Below, piece by piece: positions 1 to 10,974 of a DNA stretch of 64,000 nucleotides. Position 1 is the stretch's first letter. Each line of letters opens with the position of its first letter. The position numbers and the translations under genes are program-made. The notes beneath the pieces were generated by a model. The model did no database searches, was not told the origin of the DNA, and saw nothing but the letters and a program-made list of their open reading frames with translations. The DNA lies in assembly GCA_037444065.1 (NCBI GenBank), contig JBBINB010000002.1:48642-112641 (forward strand). The letters are read 5' to 3'. Origin of the DNA: Draconibacterium sp. GTDB taxonomy: Bacteria > Bacteroidota > Bacteroidia > Bacteroidales > Prolixibacteraceae.

Positions 1-61
1 TTAACTGTAACGCAACCCCCGGCATTTTAATTTCATCTTTTTTTAAAATCTAAAAACTATT

Positions 62-835
62 ATGAAATACCTGTTTCTTTTTTTTCTGTCGGCGCTTATC
101 ACAATTCCGGCAATATCGCAACCCCGCAAGGGATACGTTTACCTGAAAAACGGCTCCATTCTGAAAGGTAAATTCCGGTATAATGAAGATTTATCGAAAC
201 TTCAAATTGAATCGGCCGGTAACCTTTGGATTTTCAAAGCCGATGAAATAGACCATGTTACAACTAAAAATGAGCCATTAAATGACGAATTTGATTTTAT
301 GGAATTGAATTCGCCATTTGCTTTGCGAACAGAAATCGGGGTGCTGGCGGGCAATTCGGGCAACAGTCAAACAGCCCCTTTTAGTTTTTCAACAGTTTTA
401 AATTATGTAATTCTGCCAAAATTATCGGTTGGGGCAGGTTTTGGGTTGGAATTTTTAAAAGAAACCTATTTGCCAGCGTTTATAAATTTAGAGTACAAGC
501 TCAGAAATTCAGGGTCGACCCCATTTGCTTTTCTAAAATCAGGGTACGAACTGGCACTTGAAGAATCGAACAACATTTACAATTCAGGGATTCAACCATT
601 GTATTATGATTATATATGGCCAAATCCAAATAATGTCAACCAAAAACTGGATACAAAAGGAGGATTTTTAATCAATACAGGAATCGGATATCAACATATG
701 TATTCTCGTGATTTTGGGATGTCTTTTGGTTTTGGATATCAGTTCAACAGGCTCTCCTACAGCGGAGAAAAAGATTACAACCTCCAAATCGATTACAACC
801 GTTTAACCTTGAAAATTGGCTTCGTTTTTAATTAA
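62..835 (+). CDS. Hypothetical secreted protein, probable outer-membrane beta-barrel
   Basis: 257-aa ORF with an N-terminal signal peptide (MKYLFLFFLSALITIPAISQ). The C-terminal two thirds are Gly/aromatic-rich alternating strands ending ...IGFVFN. No family recognised. Confidence 0.45.
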   Translation: MKYLFLFFLSALITIPAISQPRKGYVYLKNGSILKGKFRYNEDLSKLQIESAGNLWIFKADEIDHVTTKNEPLNDEFDFMELNSPFALRTEIGVLAGNSGNSQTAPFSFSTVLNYVILPKLSVGAGFGLEFLKETYLPAFINLEYKLRNSGSTPFAFLKSGYELALEESNNIYNSGIQPLYYDYIWPNPNNVNQKLDTKGGFLINTGIGYQHMYSRDFGMSFGFGYQFNRLSYSGEKDYNLQIDYNRLTLKIGFVFN

Positions 836-846
836 ATCAGTTGAAC

Positions 847-2133
847 ATGAAAACTATCAAAAATATCCTTCCACTATTTTTTTTGTTTGTTTTGGGTAAT
901 TCTTGCTTGGACAAGTACACAGAAGTTTTTACAGCATATTCACCAATTTATATGTCGTACGACGATCTGCGGGCAGCTGTAAAAACAACTTCTGCAAACG
1001 AATTGGAAAATCCGGGCAAGATCTACTTTAAAGACGGGTACATTTTTGTGAACGAGGAAATGAAAGGGATTCACATTATCGATAACCGAAACCCGCGTAA
1101 CCCGCAAAACATTAAATTCATCGAAATCCCGGGAAATGTTGATATGGCAATAAAAAACAACATATTATATGCCGACAGCTATATTGATATGGTAGCCATC
1201 GACATTTCCGACATATCCAATCCTCGAGAAGTGCACCGTGTAAAAGATGTTTTTCCGTACATGACCCCGCCGCCTGCAAACGAAGACTACCGGTTGGCCA
1301 TGGTCGATAAAGAAAAAGGGGTGGTTATCGACTGGGAAATTAAAAAAGTAAAACAGGAAATTGAGTATCAGTACTATCCAACCTATTTCAAATTTCGCTC
1401 AGAAATGACAATGGATGCCAACTATAACTCTGCTTCCGGTTCGGGTTCAGCTAATGCTGGCAATTCATTTGGAGTTGGCGGATCGATGGCCAGGTTTGGT
1501 TTATATAACAATTATTTATACGCTGTCGATAATTCAACCTTATATATGTTCGATGTTAAAACTCCTGAAAAACCAACCGGTATTGGCAAACAAAATATTG
1601 GGTGGAACATAGAAACTATGTTTATTTATAACGGCCACATGTTTTTTGGGACACAAACCGGAATGATAATTTACAGCCTGAAAGTTCCAACAGCTTTAAA
1701 TTATATCGGCAATTTCTGGCATGTAACCAGTTGCGACCCGGTAGTTATCGCCGATGGTTATGCGTATATAACATTACGCGGGGGAAACACTTGTGGAGGA
1801 AACACAAACAGGCTTGATGTTTTGAAACTATCCGATGACTTCAAAAAAAATGAACTTCTGGCGTCATACCCTATGGCAGGGCCTTACGGGTTGGGTATCG
1901 ATGACCAAATCCTATTTATTTGCGATGGTGAGGCAGGTTTGAAAGTATATAATGTGGAAGATAAACTCCATATCGACGATCATCAAATTGCAAGGTTTGC
2001 AAATATCAAAACTTATGATGTGATTCCGTTTAAAGGATATTTATTTATGATTGGCGACGATGGATTTTATCAGTACGACTACTCCAACCTTCAAAATATT
2101 CAGCAAATTAGTTTTATCCCTGTAAAAAAATAA
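847..2133 (+). CDS. LVIVD-repeat beta-propeller lipoprotein
   Basis: Repeated motifs GIHIIDNRNPRNP, MVAIDISDISNP, LYMFDVKTPEKP and LKVYNVEDK match the LVIVD repeat pattern. Signal peptide plus Cys (LGNSC). ATG at 847 preferred over the TTG at 841 used by the ORF track. Confidence 0.6.
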   Translation: MKTIKNILPLFFLFVLGNSCLDKYTEVFTAYSPIYMSYDDLRAAVKTTSANELENPGKIYFKDGYIFVNEEMKGIHIIDNRNPRNPQNIKFIEIPGNVDMAIKNNILYADSYIDMVAIDISDISNPREVHRVKDVFPYMTPPPANEDYRLAMVDKEKGVVIDWEIKKVKQEIEYQYYPTYFKFRSEMTMDANYNSASGSGSANAGNSFGVGGSMARFGLYNNYLYAVDNSTLYMFDVKTPEKPTGIGKQNIGWNIETMFIYNGHMFFGTQTGMIIYSLKVPTALNYIGNFWHVTSCDPVVIADGYAYITLRGGNTCGGNTNRLDVLKLSDDFKKNELLASYPMAGPYGLGIDDQILFICDGEAGLKVYNVEDKLHIDDHQIARFANIKTYDVIPFKGYLFMIGDDGFYQYDYSNLQNIQQISFIPVKK

Positions 2134-2786
2134 TTCTAACCCTTCTAATGGAACTTTATTCGAACGTAATTTCAATAAAATGGTGAATAAACTATTTTAC
2201 TTGCATTCTTGCATCACTGAATGCCATTTCAAACAACATTAACAAAGATAAAATGGCAATTATAAGTACCGTGCTGTTTTAAAAGTTGTACAGAATATTG
2301 CTTTCAAAATATCATAAAATTAAAGGAAAAACTGTTTAAGCAGTTACTTCCTATTCGGCTAACTATCTGTATTACTGCATTTTTAGCTATTTAAAACAGA
2401 AAACATAAAAAATAATAACAATTTTTGATAATGTTCAAAAATTTATTTATGTTTGCCTTTAGCTTTTTGAAATACATTTCTAGGACGCATTTTAATAACT
2501 ATTTGAGTAATTGGAACCTATTTTAGGTAGAATTGTGTTTGTCGTACATTGATTTAATTAATGAAGTTCGGATTATAAAAGATAAAAGTATCATTTCTAA
2601 ACGTGCTGCTTTTCTCTTTGCAAAAATCCTGTAAACAAACTGTCTGAAATATAAGTTCCGCTTTACGTATGATTTGACAATAACAATTTCTTGTTATTGA
2701 GGGCGCTAAGTATCGGTTATTTAGCTAAGATGCGTATGCGAAATTGAAAAAATGGACATAAATAAATTTTTATAATACCATTAATT

Positions 2787-3134
2787 ATGAATTCAAATTT
2801 TGCACACAGCGAATCGGCAATATCGTTAAAACGAATCATTCAGAAGGAACATTCTGACGAAGACAAAATCAGGATTGTTATTGAAGGTATATTTGGCGAT
2901 ATTTCAGTTAAACAAATTTGCGAAAAAGAGGGAATTAATACAGACTTGTTTTACGAATGGAGTAAATATTTTATGGAAACAAATTACATCAGATTTACAA
3001 GCGACGCGAAAAGTAGAGCATCCTTAATTAACGTTGACCAATTAAAAAGTCAAAATATGTTTTTGAGAAGGTTGGTTGCCGACTTGAGCCGCGAAAACAA
3101 TTTACTGAAGAATAAATTGAATAAAGCCTGTTAA
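2787..3134 (+). CDS. Orphan IS3-family OrfA-like HTH protein (Transposase_8-like), no OrfB
   Basis: EDKIRIVIEGIFGDISVKQICEKEGINTDLFYEWSKYF followed by a leucine-zipper-like tail (LKSQNMFLRRLVADLSRENNLLKNKL) resembles IS3/IS911 OrfA. No DDE OrfB, frameshift site or IRs follow. Confidence 0.5.
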   Translation: MNSNFAHSESAISLKRIIQKEHSDEDKIRIVIEGIFGDISVKQICEKEGINTDLFYEWSKYFMETNYIRFTSDAKSRASLINVDQLKSQNMFLRRLVADLSRENNLLKNKLNKAC

Positions 3135-3410
3135 CCAGTTACTAACCAGTTTAGGCTAACGATTTAATTTGTTAACAGTTATTTTGGTTTATTGGGCTAA
3201 TAAACAGATTTACAATTTATTACGGCATATTTTAACAACCTGCTCATTTAATATATCGGAACATAAGAAAAGAGATAGAACTGGGCCTTTTATTTTGATA
3301 AAAAAAGTATGGCGCCTGGTTTAAACTAAAAGCTTTTGGAAGAAAAGGAATTCCGGAAGATTTTTAACAAAATCGAAATGGAAAATATGTATTAACTTAA
3401 TAAAATCCCA

Positions 3411-3890
3411 ATGAAAGCTGGCACAGATAATCAAGTTTTGTATTCTGCATCTAAAACAGAAATTTTTTGTGAAGAACAAAATAAAATAGAGTTGTTAAGT
3501 TGTCCGAATGGTAAAACCACCTGTAAAGAGCTTTTGCTGGTTATTAATAAAAACTTTGTGATAGCCCATCAGGCTTTTATCGATAAGGATTTTAACCGTT
3601 CGATTGATTTGTTAAAAAACACCTATTACAAAACGGCTGAATTAACCGATGCTCAGTGCCAAAAATGTGCAAACCTTTTTCGTTCAACTATTAATGACTC
3701 TTTAAAAGACATTCACATCGATTTGAATAAAATGGCCTCAGGCCTTTTTGGAAAAAAAAGCTATAGGCCCATTTGCAACAAAGCCCTGAATGTTTTAACT
3801 GAATTTGACAAAGCAAAAATAAATGGTTCCCTGCAAAAAGAGAGATTTAATACTACATACATAAAATCGCCTTTAAGAAAAGTGAGCTGA
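3411..3890 (+). CDS. Hypothetical protein (Cys-containing, no recognised family)
   Basis: 159-aa ORF in an AT-rich islet. Only the ORF length and its isolation support it. Confidence 0.3.
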   Translation: MKAGTDNQVLYSASKTEIFCEEQNKIELLSCPNGKTTCKELLLVINKNFVIAHQAFIDKDFNRSIDLLKNTYYKTAELTDAQCQKCANLFRSTINDSLKDIHIDLNKMASGLFGKKSYRPICNKALNVLTEFDKAKINGSLQKERFNTTYIKSPLRKVS

Positions 3891-4190
3891 CTGGCATCAC
3901 CGGACAAATCAAATGAATTAAAAAAGAAATCAATTTCAAGGTATTACAGATAAACCAAAATTAAGTAAATCTGAAGGGCAGTTATTTGGAAACTACTTAA
4001 ATAAAGGAATTAGTTTTGTTTGGAAAGAACAAAATTAAAAGCCTGGCAAACTGCCGGGCTTTTTCTTTGTTATCAAATAGGTAAAAATGTATTTTTGCCA
4101 AAACAAATTAAACTGGTTTTACAGCTTTCAAACCGTATTAATTTGAATAAAAGGGGTAAGCCCCATAATAATTTGAAAAGGAGTAATTAT

Positions 4191-5108
4191 ATGACTGACA
4201 AAAGATGGTGGAAGATAATATTACCGGTTATTGCTATAATAAACGTGGTTTTTTTGATCGTGGTATTAAGTTCATCAAAACCCGGAGATAATCCTGTTCC
4301 GGAAAAAATTGAACCACACTACACTTCGGTTAAAATACCTGAAAAATTCTTATTTGCCGGAGAAGAAATGCCATTAAACCAGTTTGATGTATGGGAAGCA
4401 TTGGACCGCGAACTACTTTCGAATGCCTATTTTCATTCGCAAACCATACGTTATATTAAACTGGCCCCCCGGTATTTTCAACTTATCGAGCCCATTTTAA
4501 AAGAAAATGGCATCCCCAGTGATTTTAAATACCTTGCCGTGGCCGAAAGTGGTTTAAACCCAAGGGCAGTGTCACCGGCAAGCGCGGTTGGAATGTGGCA
4601 GTTTTTAAGCAGTACGGCAAAAGAATATGGCCTTGAAGTAAACGGAGAAGTTGATGAACGCTATCACATCGAAAAATCGACCTATGCATTTTGTTCCTAT
4701 ATCCGGCAGTCATATAATCGTTATGGAAGCTGGACCCTGGCTGCAGCAGCTTACAATGGTGGCATGGAAAGGGTGCGGCAGCAAATAAACCGTCAAAAAA
4801 CAGAAAACTATTACAACCTGCTTTTTGTTGAAGAAACACAACGCTATGTGTTCAGAATTGCTGCCCTTAAACTGATTCTTGAAAATCCCGGACAATATAA
4901 TTTCGACATTAGCGACGAAGAAAAATACCCCGTAATAAAAACCCGCGTAGTAGAAATATCGGGCCCGGTCGCCGATTTTGCCGACTTTGCCAAAGAAAAT
5001 AACACCACATACAAAAGGTTAAAGGATTTTAATCCGTGGCTGCGCGATAGCAAGCTTACAAACAAGTCGGGTAAAAAATATGCAGTAAAAATCCCGGTAG
5101 AAAGTTAA
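4191..5108 (+). CDS. Lytic transglycosylase (SLT domain), membrane-anchored
   Basis: AVAESGLNPRAVSPASAVGMWQF...AAAYNGG is the SLT catalytic-Glu motif. ATG at 4191 (MTDKRWWKIILPVIAIINVVFLIV TM anchor) preferred over the TTG at 4020. Confidence 0.8.
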   Translation: MTDKRWWKIILPVIAIINVVFLIVVLSSSKPGDNPVPEKIEPHYTSVKIPEKFLFAGEEMPLNQFDVWEALDRELLSNAYFHSQTIRYIKLAPRYFQLIEPILKENGIPSDFKYLAVAESGLNPRAVSPASAVGMWQFLSSTAKEYGLEVNGEVDERYHIEKSTYAFCSYIRQSYNRYGSWTLAAAAYNGGMERVRQQINRQKTENYYNLLFVEETQRYVFRIAALKLILENPGQYNFDISDEEKYPVIKTRVVEISGPVADFADFAKENNTTYKRLKDFNPWLRDSKLTNKSGKKYAVKIPVES

Positions 5109-5127
5109 GCAGGAACTACATTTCAGA

Positions 5128-8016
5128 ATGGGAAAAATTTCAGAAACAAATATTCAGCCCACACCCGAAATCGACGAAACCGGCAATCAGGTTATTGTTT
5201 ATGGTGCGCGTGTGCACAACCTCCGAAATATTAATGTAACCATCCCGCGTAACAAGTTAACAGTTATCACCGGGCTAAGCGGCAGTGGAAAATCTTCGCT
5301 TGCCTTCGATACAATTTATGCCGAAGGCCAAAGACGCTATATTGAAACATTTTCGGCTTATGCCCGCTCATTTTTAGGCAATATGGAACGCCCCGATGTC
5401 GATAAAATTACGGGGTTAAGCCCCGTTATATCCATCGAGCAAAAGGTAACAACCCGAAATCCCCGCTCTACCGTTGGCACTGTTACCGAGATTTACGATT
5501 TTCTTCGCTTGCTTTTTGCCCGCGCCGCTGAAGCATTTTCGTACAATACCGGCGAAAAAATGATAAAATATACCGAAGAAAAAATTATCCAGCTAATAAA
5601 AGATGATTTTGCCGGAAAACGCATAAATATTCTGGCGCCCCTGGTTAAAGGGAGGAAAGGCCATTATCGCGAACTTTTTGAACAAATCCTCAGAAAAGGA
5701 TTTCTGTCGGCAAGGATTGATGGGGAAATTACCGAACTAAAACATAATTTTCGGGTCGACAGGTATAAAAACCATTTTATCGAGATTTTAATCGACAAGT
5801 TAAAAGTCGACGATGTAAGTGCCGCCCGTTTAAAAGCCAGCGTTCAAACTGCTATGAAACATGGCCAGGGAATATTAATGATACTCGATCACGACACCCA
5901 ACAGGTAAAATATTACAGCCGCCTTTTGATGTGCCCTACAACCGGGATTTCTTACACCGAGCCGGCCCCGCACAATTTTTCGTTCAATTCGCCACAGGGT
6001 GCCTGTCCAAAATGTAATGGGCTGGGAAGAGTAACAGAAATCGACATGGATAAAATAATCCCCGACAAAAGCAAAAGCATTTCAAAGGGAGCAATTGCCC
6101 CCCTGGGCGCATACAAAAATTCAATGATTTTCTGGCAGATTGAAGCTTTGGGAGAAAAATTTGATTTCACGATTAATTCACCTGTCAGCGAAATTCCTGA
6201 TGAGGGATTACAAGCAATTCTATTTGGGACCAACGAAAGAATCCAGCTAAAAAATACGCCGCTCGGTACGGGCATGAATTACCAGATGAGCTATGATGGG
6301 TTAATAAAATATATCGACAGCCAACGCGACGACAATCCATCCAAAACGGCTCAAAAATGGGCCAACCAGTTTGTTAAAACCACCGAATGTGATGAATGTA
6401 AGGGAATGCGCCTGAAAAAGGAATCGTTACATTTTAAAATCGACGGCAAAAATATTTCCGAACTTGCTCAGCTCGATTTAAACGAACTGGGAGAATGGTT
6501 CGAAGGACTGGAAGAAAGGTTAAGTGAACGTCAACGCATAATCGGGACCGAAGTTATAAAAGAAATCCGCGACCGGCTTGGATTTATGCTTGGTGTCGGC
6601 CTGGAATACCTTTCACTCGACCGCACTGCGCAAAGCCTTTCGGGTGGCGAATCGCAACGGATAAGGCTGGCAACGCAAATCGGCTCGCAACTGGTAAACG
6701 TGCTTTACATTCTCGACGAACCCAGTATTGGCCTGCATCACCGCGATAACCTTAAACTCATAAAAGCGCTTCAGCAATTGCGCGATTCAGGGAATTCGGT
6801 AATAGTTGTAGAACACGATAAAGACACAATGCTTCATGCCGATTATCTAATCGACATGGGACCACTCGCCGGAGCTCATGGCGGCGAAATTGTGGCTGCC
6901 GGCACGCCAACCGACGTTTTGAAAACAAAAACATTAACCGCCGATTATTTAAACCACCGGAGAAAAATAGAGGTGCCCGGAATTCGCAGAAATGGAAATA
7001 CGGACTTACTCGAAGTTAAGGGATGTTCGGGCAATAACCTGAAAATGGTAGATTTAAAAATACCCCTCGGAAAATTTATCTGTGTTACCGGTGTTTCGGG
7101 CAGTGGAAAATCGACATTGATAAATGAAACCCTTCAACCCATACTGAGCCAGCATATTTACAAATCGTTGAAAGATCCGCTGCCCTACCAGTCGGTAAAC
7201 GGATTGGAATATATCGATAAGGTTATCCAGGTCGACCAATCGCCAATTGGCCGCACACCGCGTTCGAACCCGGTTACCTACACAAATATTTTTGGCGATA
7301 TCAGGAACCTTTTTGCCCAACTGCCCGAAGCAAAAATCAGGGGCTACAAACCTGGCCGATTTTCGTTTAACGTAGCGGGCGGACGCTGTGAAGAATGCCA
7401 GGGAGGAGGCTTAAAGCTTATCGAAATGAATTTTTTGCCTGATGTTTATGTGCATTGCGACAAATGCAATGGCAAACGTTACAACCGCGAAACCCTTGAA
7501 GTAAGGTACAAAGGAAAGTCGATTAGCGATGTACTTGAAATGACCATTGAACACGGGGTTGAATTTTTTGAGGCCATCCCGTCGATAGCCGGAAAACTTA
7601 AAACGCTGAAAGATGTCGGTCTTGGTTACATTACGCTCGGGCAGTCGTCAACAACCCTTTCGGGAGGCGAGTCGCAACGTGTTAAACTTGCTGCTGAACT
7701 GGCAAAACGTGAAACCGGAAAAACTGTTTACATTTTCGATGAGCCCACAACAGGTTTGCATTTCGAAGATATCAGGGTACTGCTCGAAGTGCTGAACAAA
7801 CTGGTTGAAAAAGGGAATACCGTAATTATAATCGAACACAACCTCGATGTAATAAAAGTTGCCGATCACATTATCGACATTGGCCCGGAAGGAGGTAAAA
7901 ACGGCGGGGAAATATTATGCACCGGCACACCCGAGGAAATCATCAACAACAAAAAATCTTTTACAGCAAAATTCTTAAAAGATGAATTATGTTGCCACCG
8001 ACCAACAAAGTTTTAA
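5128..8016 (+). CDS. uvrA: Excinuclease ABC subunit A
   Basis: 962 aa. Two ABC ATPase modules ([14 protein letters not shown]; [10 protein letters not shown]; two LSGGE signatures), zinc-finger Cys clusters ([14 protein letters not shown]...CDKCNG), full-length colinearity with UvrA. Confidence 0.97.
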   Translation: MGKISETNIQPTPEIDETGNQVIVYGARVHNLRNINVTIPRNKLTVITGLSGSGKSSLAFDTIYAEGQRRYIETFSAYARSFLGNMERPDVDKITGLSPVISIEQKVTTRNPRSTVGTVTEIYDFLRLLFARAAEAFSYNTGEKMIKYTEEKIIQLIKDDFAGKRINILAPLVKGRKGHYRELFEQILRKGFLSARIDGEITELKHNFRVDRYKNHFIEILIDKLKVDDVSAARLKASVQTAMKHGQGILMILDHDTQQVKYYSRLLMCPTTGISYTEPAPHNFSFNSPQGACPKCNGLGRVTEIDMDKIIPDKSKSISKGAIAPLGAYKNSMIFWQIEALGEKFDFTINSPVSEIPDEGLQAILFGTNERIQLKNTPLGTGMNYQMSYDGLIKYIDSQRDDNPSKTAQKWANQFVKTTECDECKGMRLKKESLHFKIDGKNISELAQLDLNELGEWFEGLEERLSERQRIIGTEVIKEIRDRLGFMLGVGLEYLSLDRTAQSLSGGESQRIRLATQIGSQLVNVLYILDEPSIGLHHRDNLKLIKALQQLRDSGNSVIVVEHDKDTMLHADYLIDMGPLAGAHGGEIVAAGTPTDVLKTKTLTADYLNHRRKIEVPGIRRNGNTDLLEVKGCSGNNLKMVDLKIPLGKFICVTGVSGSGKSTLINETLQPILSQHIYKSLKDPLPYQSVNGLEYIDKVIQVDQSPIGRTPRSNPVTYTNIFGDIRNLFAQLPEAKIRGYKPGRFSFNVAGGRCEECQGGGLKLIEMNFLPDVYVHCDKCNGKRYNRETLEVRYKGKSISDVLEMTIEHGVEFFEAIPSIAGKLKTLKDVGLGYITLGQSSTTLSGGESQRVKLAAELAKRETGKTVYIFDEPTTGLHFEDIRVLLEVLNKLVEKGNTVIIIEHNLDVIKVADHIIDIGPEGGKNGGEILCTGTPEEIINNKKSFTAKFLKDELCCHRPTKF

Positions 8017-8072
8017 ATAATCGGTAAATAAAATTCCTCCCGTAAAACCTTATGCACTTTAATAAAATCCGG

Positions 8073-8104
8073 CCCGGAACAAAAAATAAAGTTCCGGGTT
8101 ATTA
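8073..8104 (+). terminator. Hairpin downstream of uvrA
   Basis: CCCGGAAC-aaaaaataaa-GTTCCGGG 8-bp stem followed by TTATTAT. The T tract is weak. Confidence 0.45.
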
Positions 8105-8144
8105 TAGAAAAGCCATAATCTGAATTTTAAAAAGAATATGAGTT

Positions 8145-9518
8145 ATGAAACGATTTTTTCCCTTTTTTATCATTTTTATTTTCGGCCAGCATTTTTTAAC
8201 TGCTCAAAATAACCTCAGCACAAAAACCATTGCTACCAATCTTGACACTCCCTGGGAAATACTTTGGGGGCCCGATAATTATATCTGGATTACCGAACGA
8301 TATGGTAAAGTAAGCCGGGTAAATCCGTTTAACGGAACAGTTCAGGAAGTTGTTTTGATTGGCGATGTTAGCGAAGTTGGTGAAGGTGGCCTGTTGGGAA
8401 TGGTTTTGGATCCCGATTTTTCCGCAAACCACTTTTTCTATGTTGCTTACAATTATTCAGCCCAGGGAAATGTTTACAAAGAAAAGATTGTCCGTTACAC
8501 TTATAATCCGTCTACGGGTAAAGCAACAAATCCGGCAATTATATTCGATAATATCCCTGCGGCCAATAACCATAACGGTTGCAGAATGGTAATCTCTCCC
8601 GGCAAAAAACTAGTATTTACCACTGGCGATGCACAAGTTACAAGCTATTCGCAAGACATTTCCAGGTTAAACGGTAAAATCCTCAGAATAAATTTAGATG
8701 GGACAATTCCTTCTGACAATCCCCAACAAAATAGCCCGGTTTGGTCGTGGGGGCACCGGAATCCGCAAGGCCTTGTTTATTCGCCCGATGGGAAAAACCT
8801 GTACAGCAGCGAACATGGACCAAGTAACGACGATGAATTAAATATTATTCTGAAAGGTAGAAACTATGGCTGGCCATCCGTCGCGGGTTTTTGCGACAAC
8901 ACTTTTGAAACCGGGTTCTGTTCACAAAACAATGTTGTTGAACCCATTTTTGCCTGGACCCCGACCCTGGCAGTTGCCGGAATCGATTTCTATAACTCTG
9001 ATTTAATTCCCGAGTGGAAAAACAGCATTTTAATAGCCTCCCTGAAAGCCAGCAGGATAACACAGATAAAACTTAGCGAAACCGGAACTTCGGTCCTGAA
9101 AACAACTGATTTTTTTACGGGCCAGTTTGGGCGTTTGCGCGATATTTGCATTTCGCCCGAAGGAAAAGTATATATTGCCGTTAGCAACCGCGACGGGAGG
9201 GGGACCGTAAAAACGGGCGACGATAAAATTATTGAAATTTCACCCCTTTCTACCACAGCTCCAGAAATCAATAAGAGCGGTTTTATTTCTGTTTCGCCAA
9301 ACCCGGGAAGCGATGTTTTTATTGTTACTTTTGCTGAGGAGTTGAAAACCAAAACAAATTATGTATTGTACAATACGTTGGGGCAAATCATAAAATCAGG
9401 ATACCTCGGACCCAAAACAACGAAAATTGATTTGGGTGAAGTCAACGAAGGCATGGTTTTTCTGCAAATTGATTTGAAAAACCGCCCAATTACAAAAAAA
9501 ATACTGATTAAAAGATAG
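8145..9518 (+). CDS. PQQ-dependent sugar (glucose/sorbosone) dehydrogenase with T9SS C-terminal sorting domain
   Basis: GLLGMVLDPDF, HNGCRMV, GKILRINLDGTIPSDNP, WGHRNPQGL and NYGWP match soluble aldose sugar dehydrogenase (YliI/Asd type). The C-terminal ~80 aa (SVSPNPGSDVFIVTF...KILIKR) resembles a Por/T9SS CTD. Confidence 0.8.
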   Translation: MKRFFPFFIIFIFGQHFLTAQNNLSTKTIATNLDTPWEILWGPDNYIWITERYGKVSRVNPFNGTVQEVVLIGDVSEVGEGGLLGMVLDPDFSANHFFYVAYNYSAQGNVYKEKIVRYTYNPSTGKATNPAIIFDNIPAANNHNGCRMVISPGKKLVFTTGDAQVTSYSQDISRLNGKILRINLDGTIPSDNPQQNSPVWSWGHRNPQGLVYSPDGKNLYSSEHGPSNDDELNIILKGRNYGWPSVAGFCDNTFETGFCSQNNVVEPIFAWTPTLAVAGIDFYNSDLIPEWKNSILIASLKASRITQIKLSETGTSVLKTTDFFTGQFGRLRDICISPEGKVYIAVSNRDGRGTVKTGDDKIIEISPLSTTAPEINKSGFISVSPNPGSDVFIVTFAEELKTKTNYVLYNTLGQIIKSGYLGPKTTKIDLGEVNEGMVFLQIDLKNRPITKKILIKR

Positions 9519-9603
9519 TAGCCGGTAATAAGATTAGAATTCTTACAAGCTCAACTTTTCAGATTATATTTTTTAATCAAAAAGAAGGCAGGGAGTAGCT
9601 GAT

Positions 9604-10821
9604 TTATACGTTTAAAGTTTCGCCTTCCGATTTTGCCACAATTACTGCAGCGCAGGTATCTCCCCAAACATTAACCGTGGTGCGCGACATATCCAGTACC
9701 CGGTCGACAGTTAGAATTAACCCAACGCCTTCAAGCGGGAGATTTACCGCTGTTAATACAATGGTCATCATAACAAGCCCCGCCATCGGAATTCCGGCAG
9801 CCCCAATAGATGCAAGCAGGGCGGTAAGCACAACTATTGCCTGCTGGCCGGTTGTAAGGTCGATTCCGTAAGCCTGCGCTATAAAAATAACTGCAATACA
9901 TTCGTACAAAGCAGTTCCGTTCATGTTAATTGTCGCCCCCAGCGGAAGTGTAAAACTTGCAATTTTGCCAGAAACACCATTCTTTTTCTCAACAGCTACC
10001 ATCGAAAGCGGAAGCGCTGCGTTTGACGACGAAGTGGAAAAAGCAGTCAGCAACGGAGTTGCCATATTACGGAAATGTTTATAAGGATTGGCTTTCCCAA
10101 TGAACTTAACCAACAGCGGAAGTAAAACTGCCCCGTGAAAAAGCAGGGCTATAAAAACCGTTATCATGTAAACTCCAAGCCTGCCGGCAATATTTTCGAG
10201 CGAATCGACGTTTTTAGCAACTTCTTTGGCAACAATTGCAAAAACGCCCAGCGGGGTAAACTTAATAATGAAAGTGGTTATTTTCATCATTACTTCGAAC
10301 ACCGAATCGAAAAATACGATAAGTACCCGTTGTTTTTCACCTTTTATCTGGGTAACAAAAAAGCCAAATAATATGGCAAAGAAAATTACCGGAAGTATCT
10401 GGCCACCAGCCATTGCATTGAAAACATTTTCGGGGATTACCCTCATCAGGATTTCGCTTGCCGAATTACCCACATCGGGCAACGAATTTACGGTTTCGGC
10501 ATTTCCAATGTTTGCGCCAACACCGGGTTTAAACAAATTCACAAAAAACAAACCGATTAAAATTGCCGTCAGGCTTGTGGAAATGTAAAAAATAATGGTC
10601 TTTGCCCCTACCCTGCCCAGGTTCGAACCCCCGCCAATACTGGCAACCCCGCTGATTATTGAACTTAATACCAGCGGAATAACCACCATGTTAAGCGCAC
10701 GCAGAAAAATAACCCCCATCCACGAAACATAAGGAATCCAGGTGGGGAAATAATATCCAAAAAACACTGCAACAACTAGGGCGATAAGAATTTGCCAGTG
10801 AAGGTTGATTTTTTTTATCAT
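9604..10821 (-). CDS. Dicarboxylate/amino acid:cation symporter (DAACS family)
   Basis: 405-aa polytopic protein. SSSNAALP, NMNGTALYE and DRxxDMxRT-like (VDRVLDMSRTTVNVWGD) motifs are typical of the GltP/SstT family. Confidence 0.85.
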   Translation of the reverse strand: MIKKINLHWQILIALVVAVFFGYYFPTWIPYVSWMGVIFLRALNMVVIPLVLSSIISGVASIGGGSNLGRVGAKTIIFYISTSLTAILIGLFFVNLFKPGVGANIGNAETVNSLPDVGNSASEILMRVIPENVFNAMAGGQILPVIFFAILFGFFVTQIKGEKQRVLIVFFDSVFEVMMKITTFIIKFTPLGVFAIVAKEVAKNVDSLENIAGRLGVYMITVFIALLFHGAVLLPLLVKFIGKANPYKHFRNMATPLLTAFSTSSSNAALPLSMVAVEKKNGVSGKIASFTLPLGATINMNGTALYECIAVIFIAQAYGIDLTTGQQAIVVLTALLASIGAAGIPMAGLVMMTIVLTAVNLPLEGVGLILTVDRVLDMSRTTVNVWGDTCAAVIVAKSEGETLNV

Positions 10822-10974
10822 AGTAAGGTTTATTCAGGCCGCTAAAATAACGATTCGTTTTGTTTTACAACGCTACATTAAAGCAGTTGTCCAATTTATT
10901 TTTGGCGCAAAAACCATCAGCCCTGCATTACAAGATCATACCTTTCAGCGTCGTTAGGCCTGAACGTATTAACC

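Noticed and set aside
4020-4190. TTG-initiated 57-codon N-terminal extension of the lytic transglycosylase.
   Set aside because: The extension lacks signal or TM features. The internal ATG at 4191 is followed at once by a TM anchor, and an AAAGGAG-like tract precedes it.
10615-10640. GGTTCGAACCCCC, a tRNA T-arm-like motif.
   Set aside because: It lies inside the DAACS symporter CDS. No acceptor, D or anticodon arms can be built around it.
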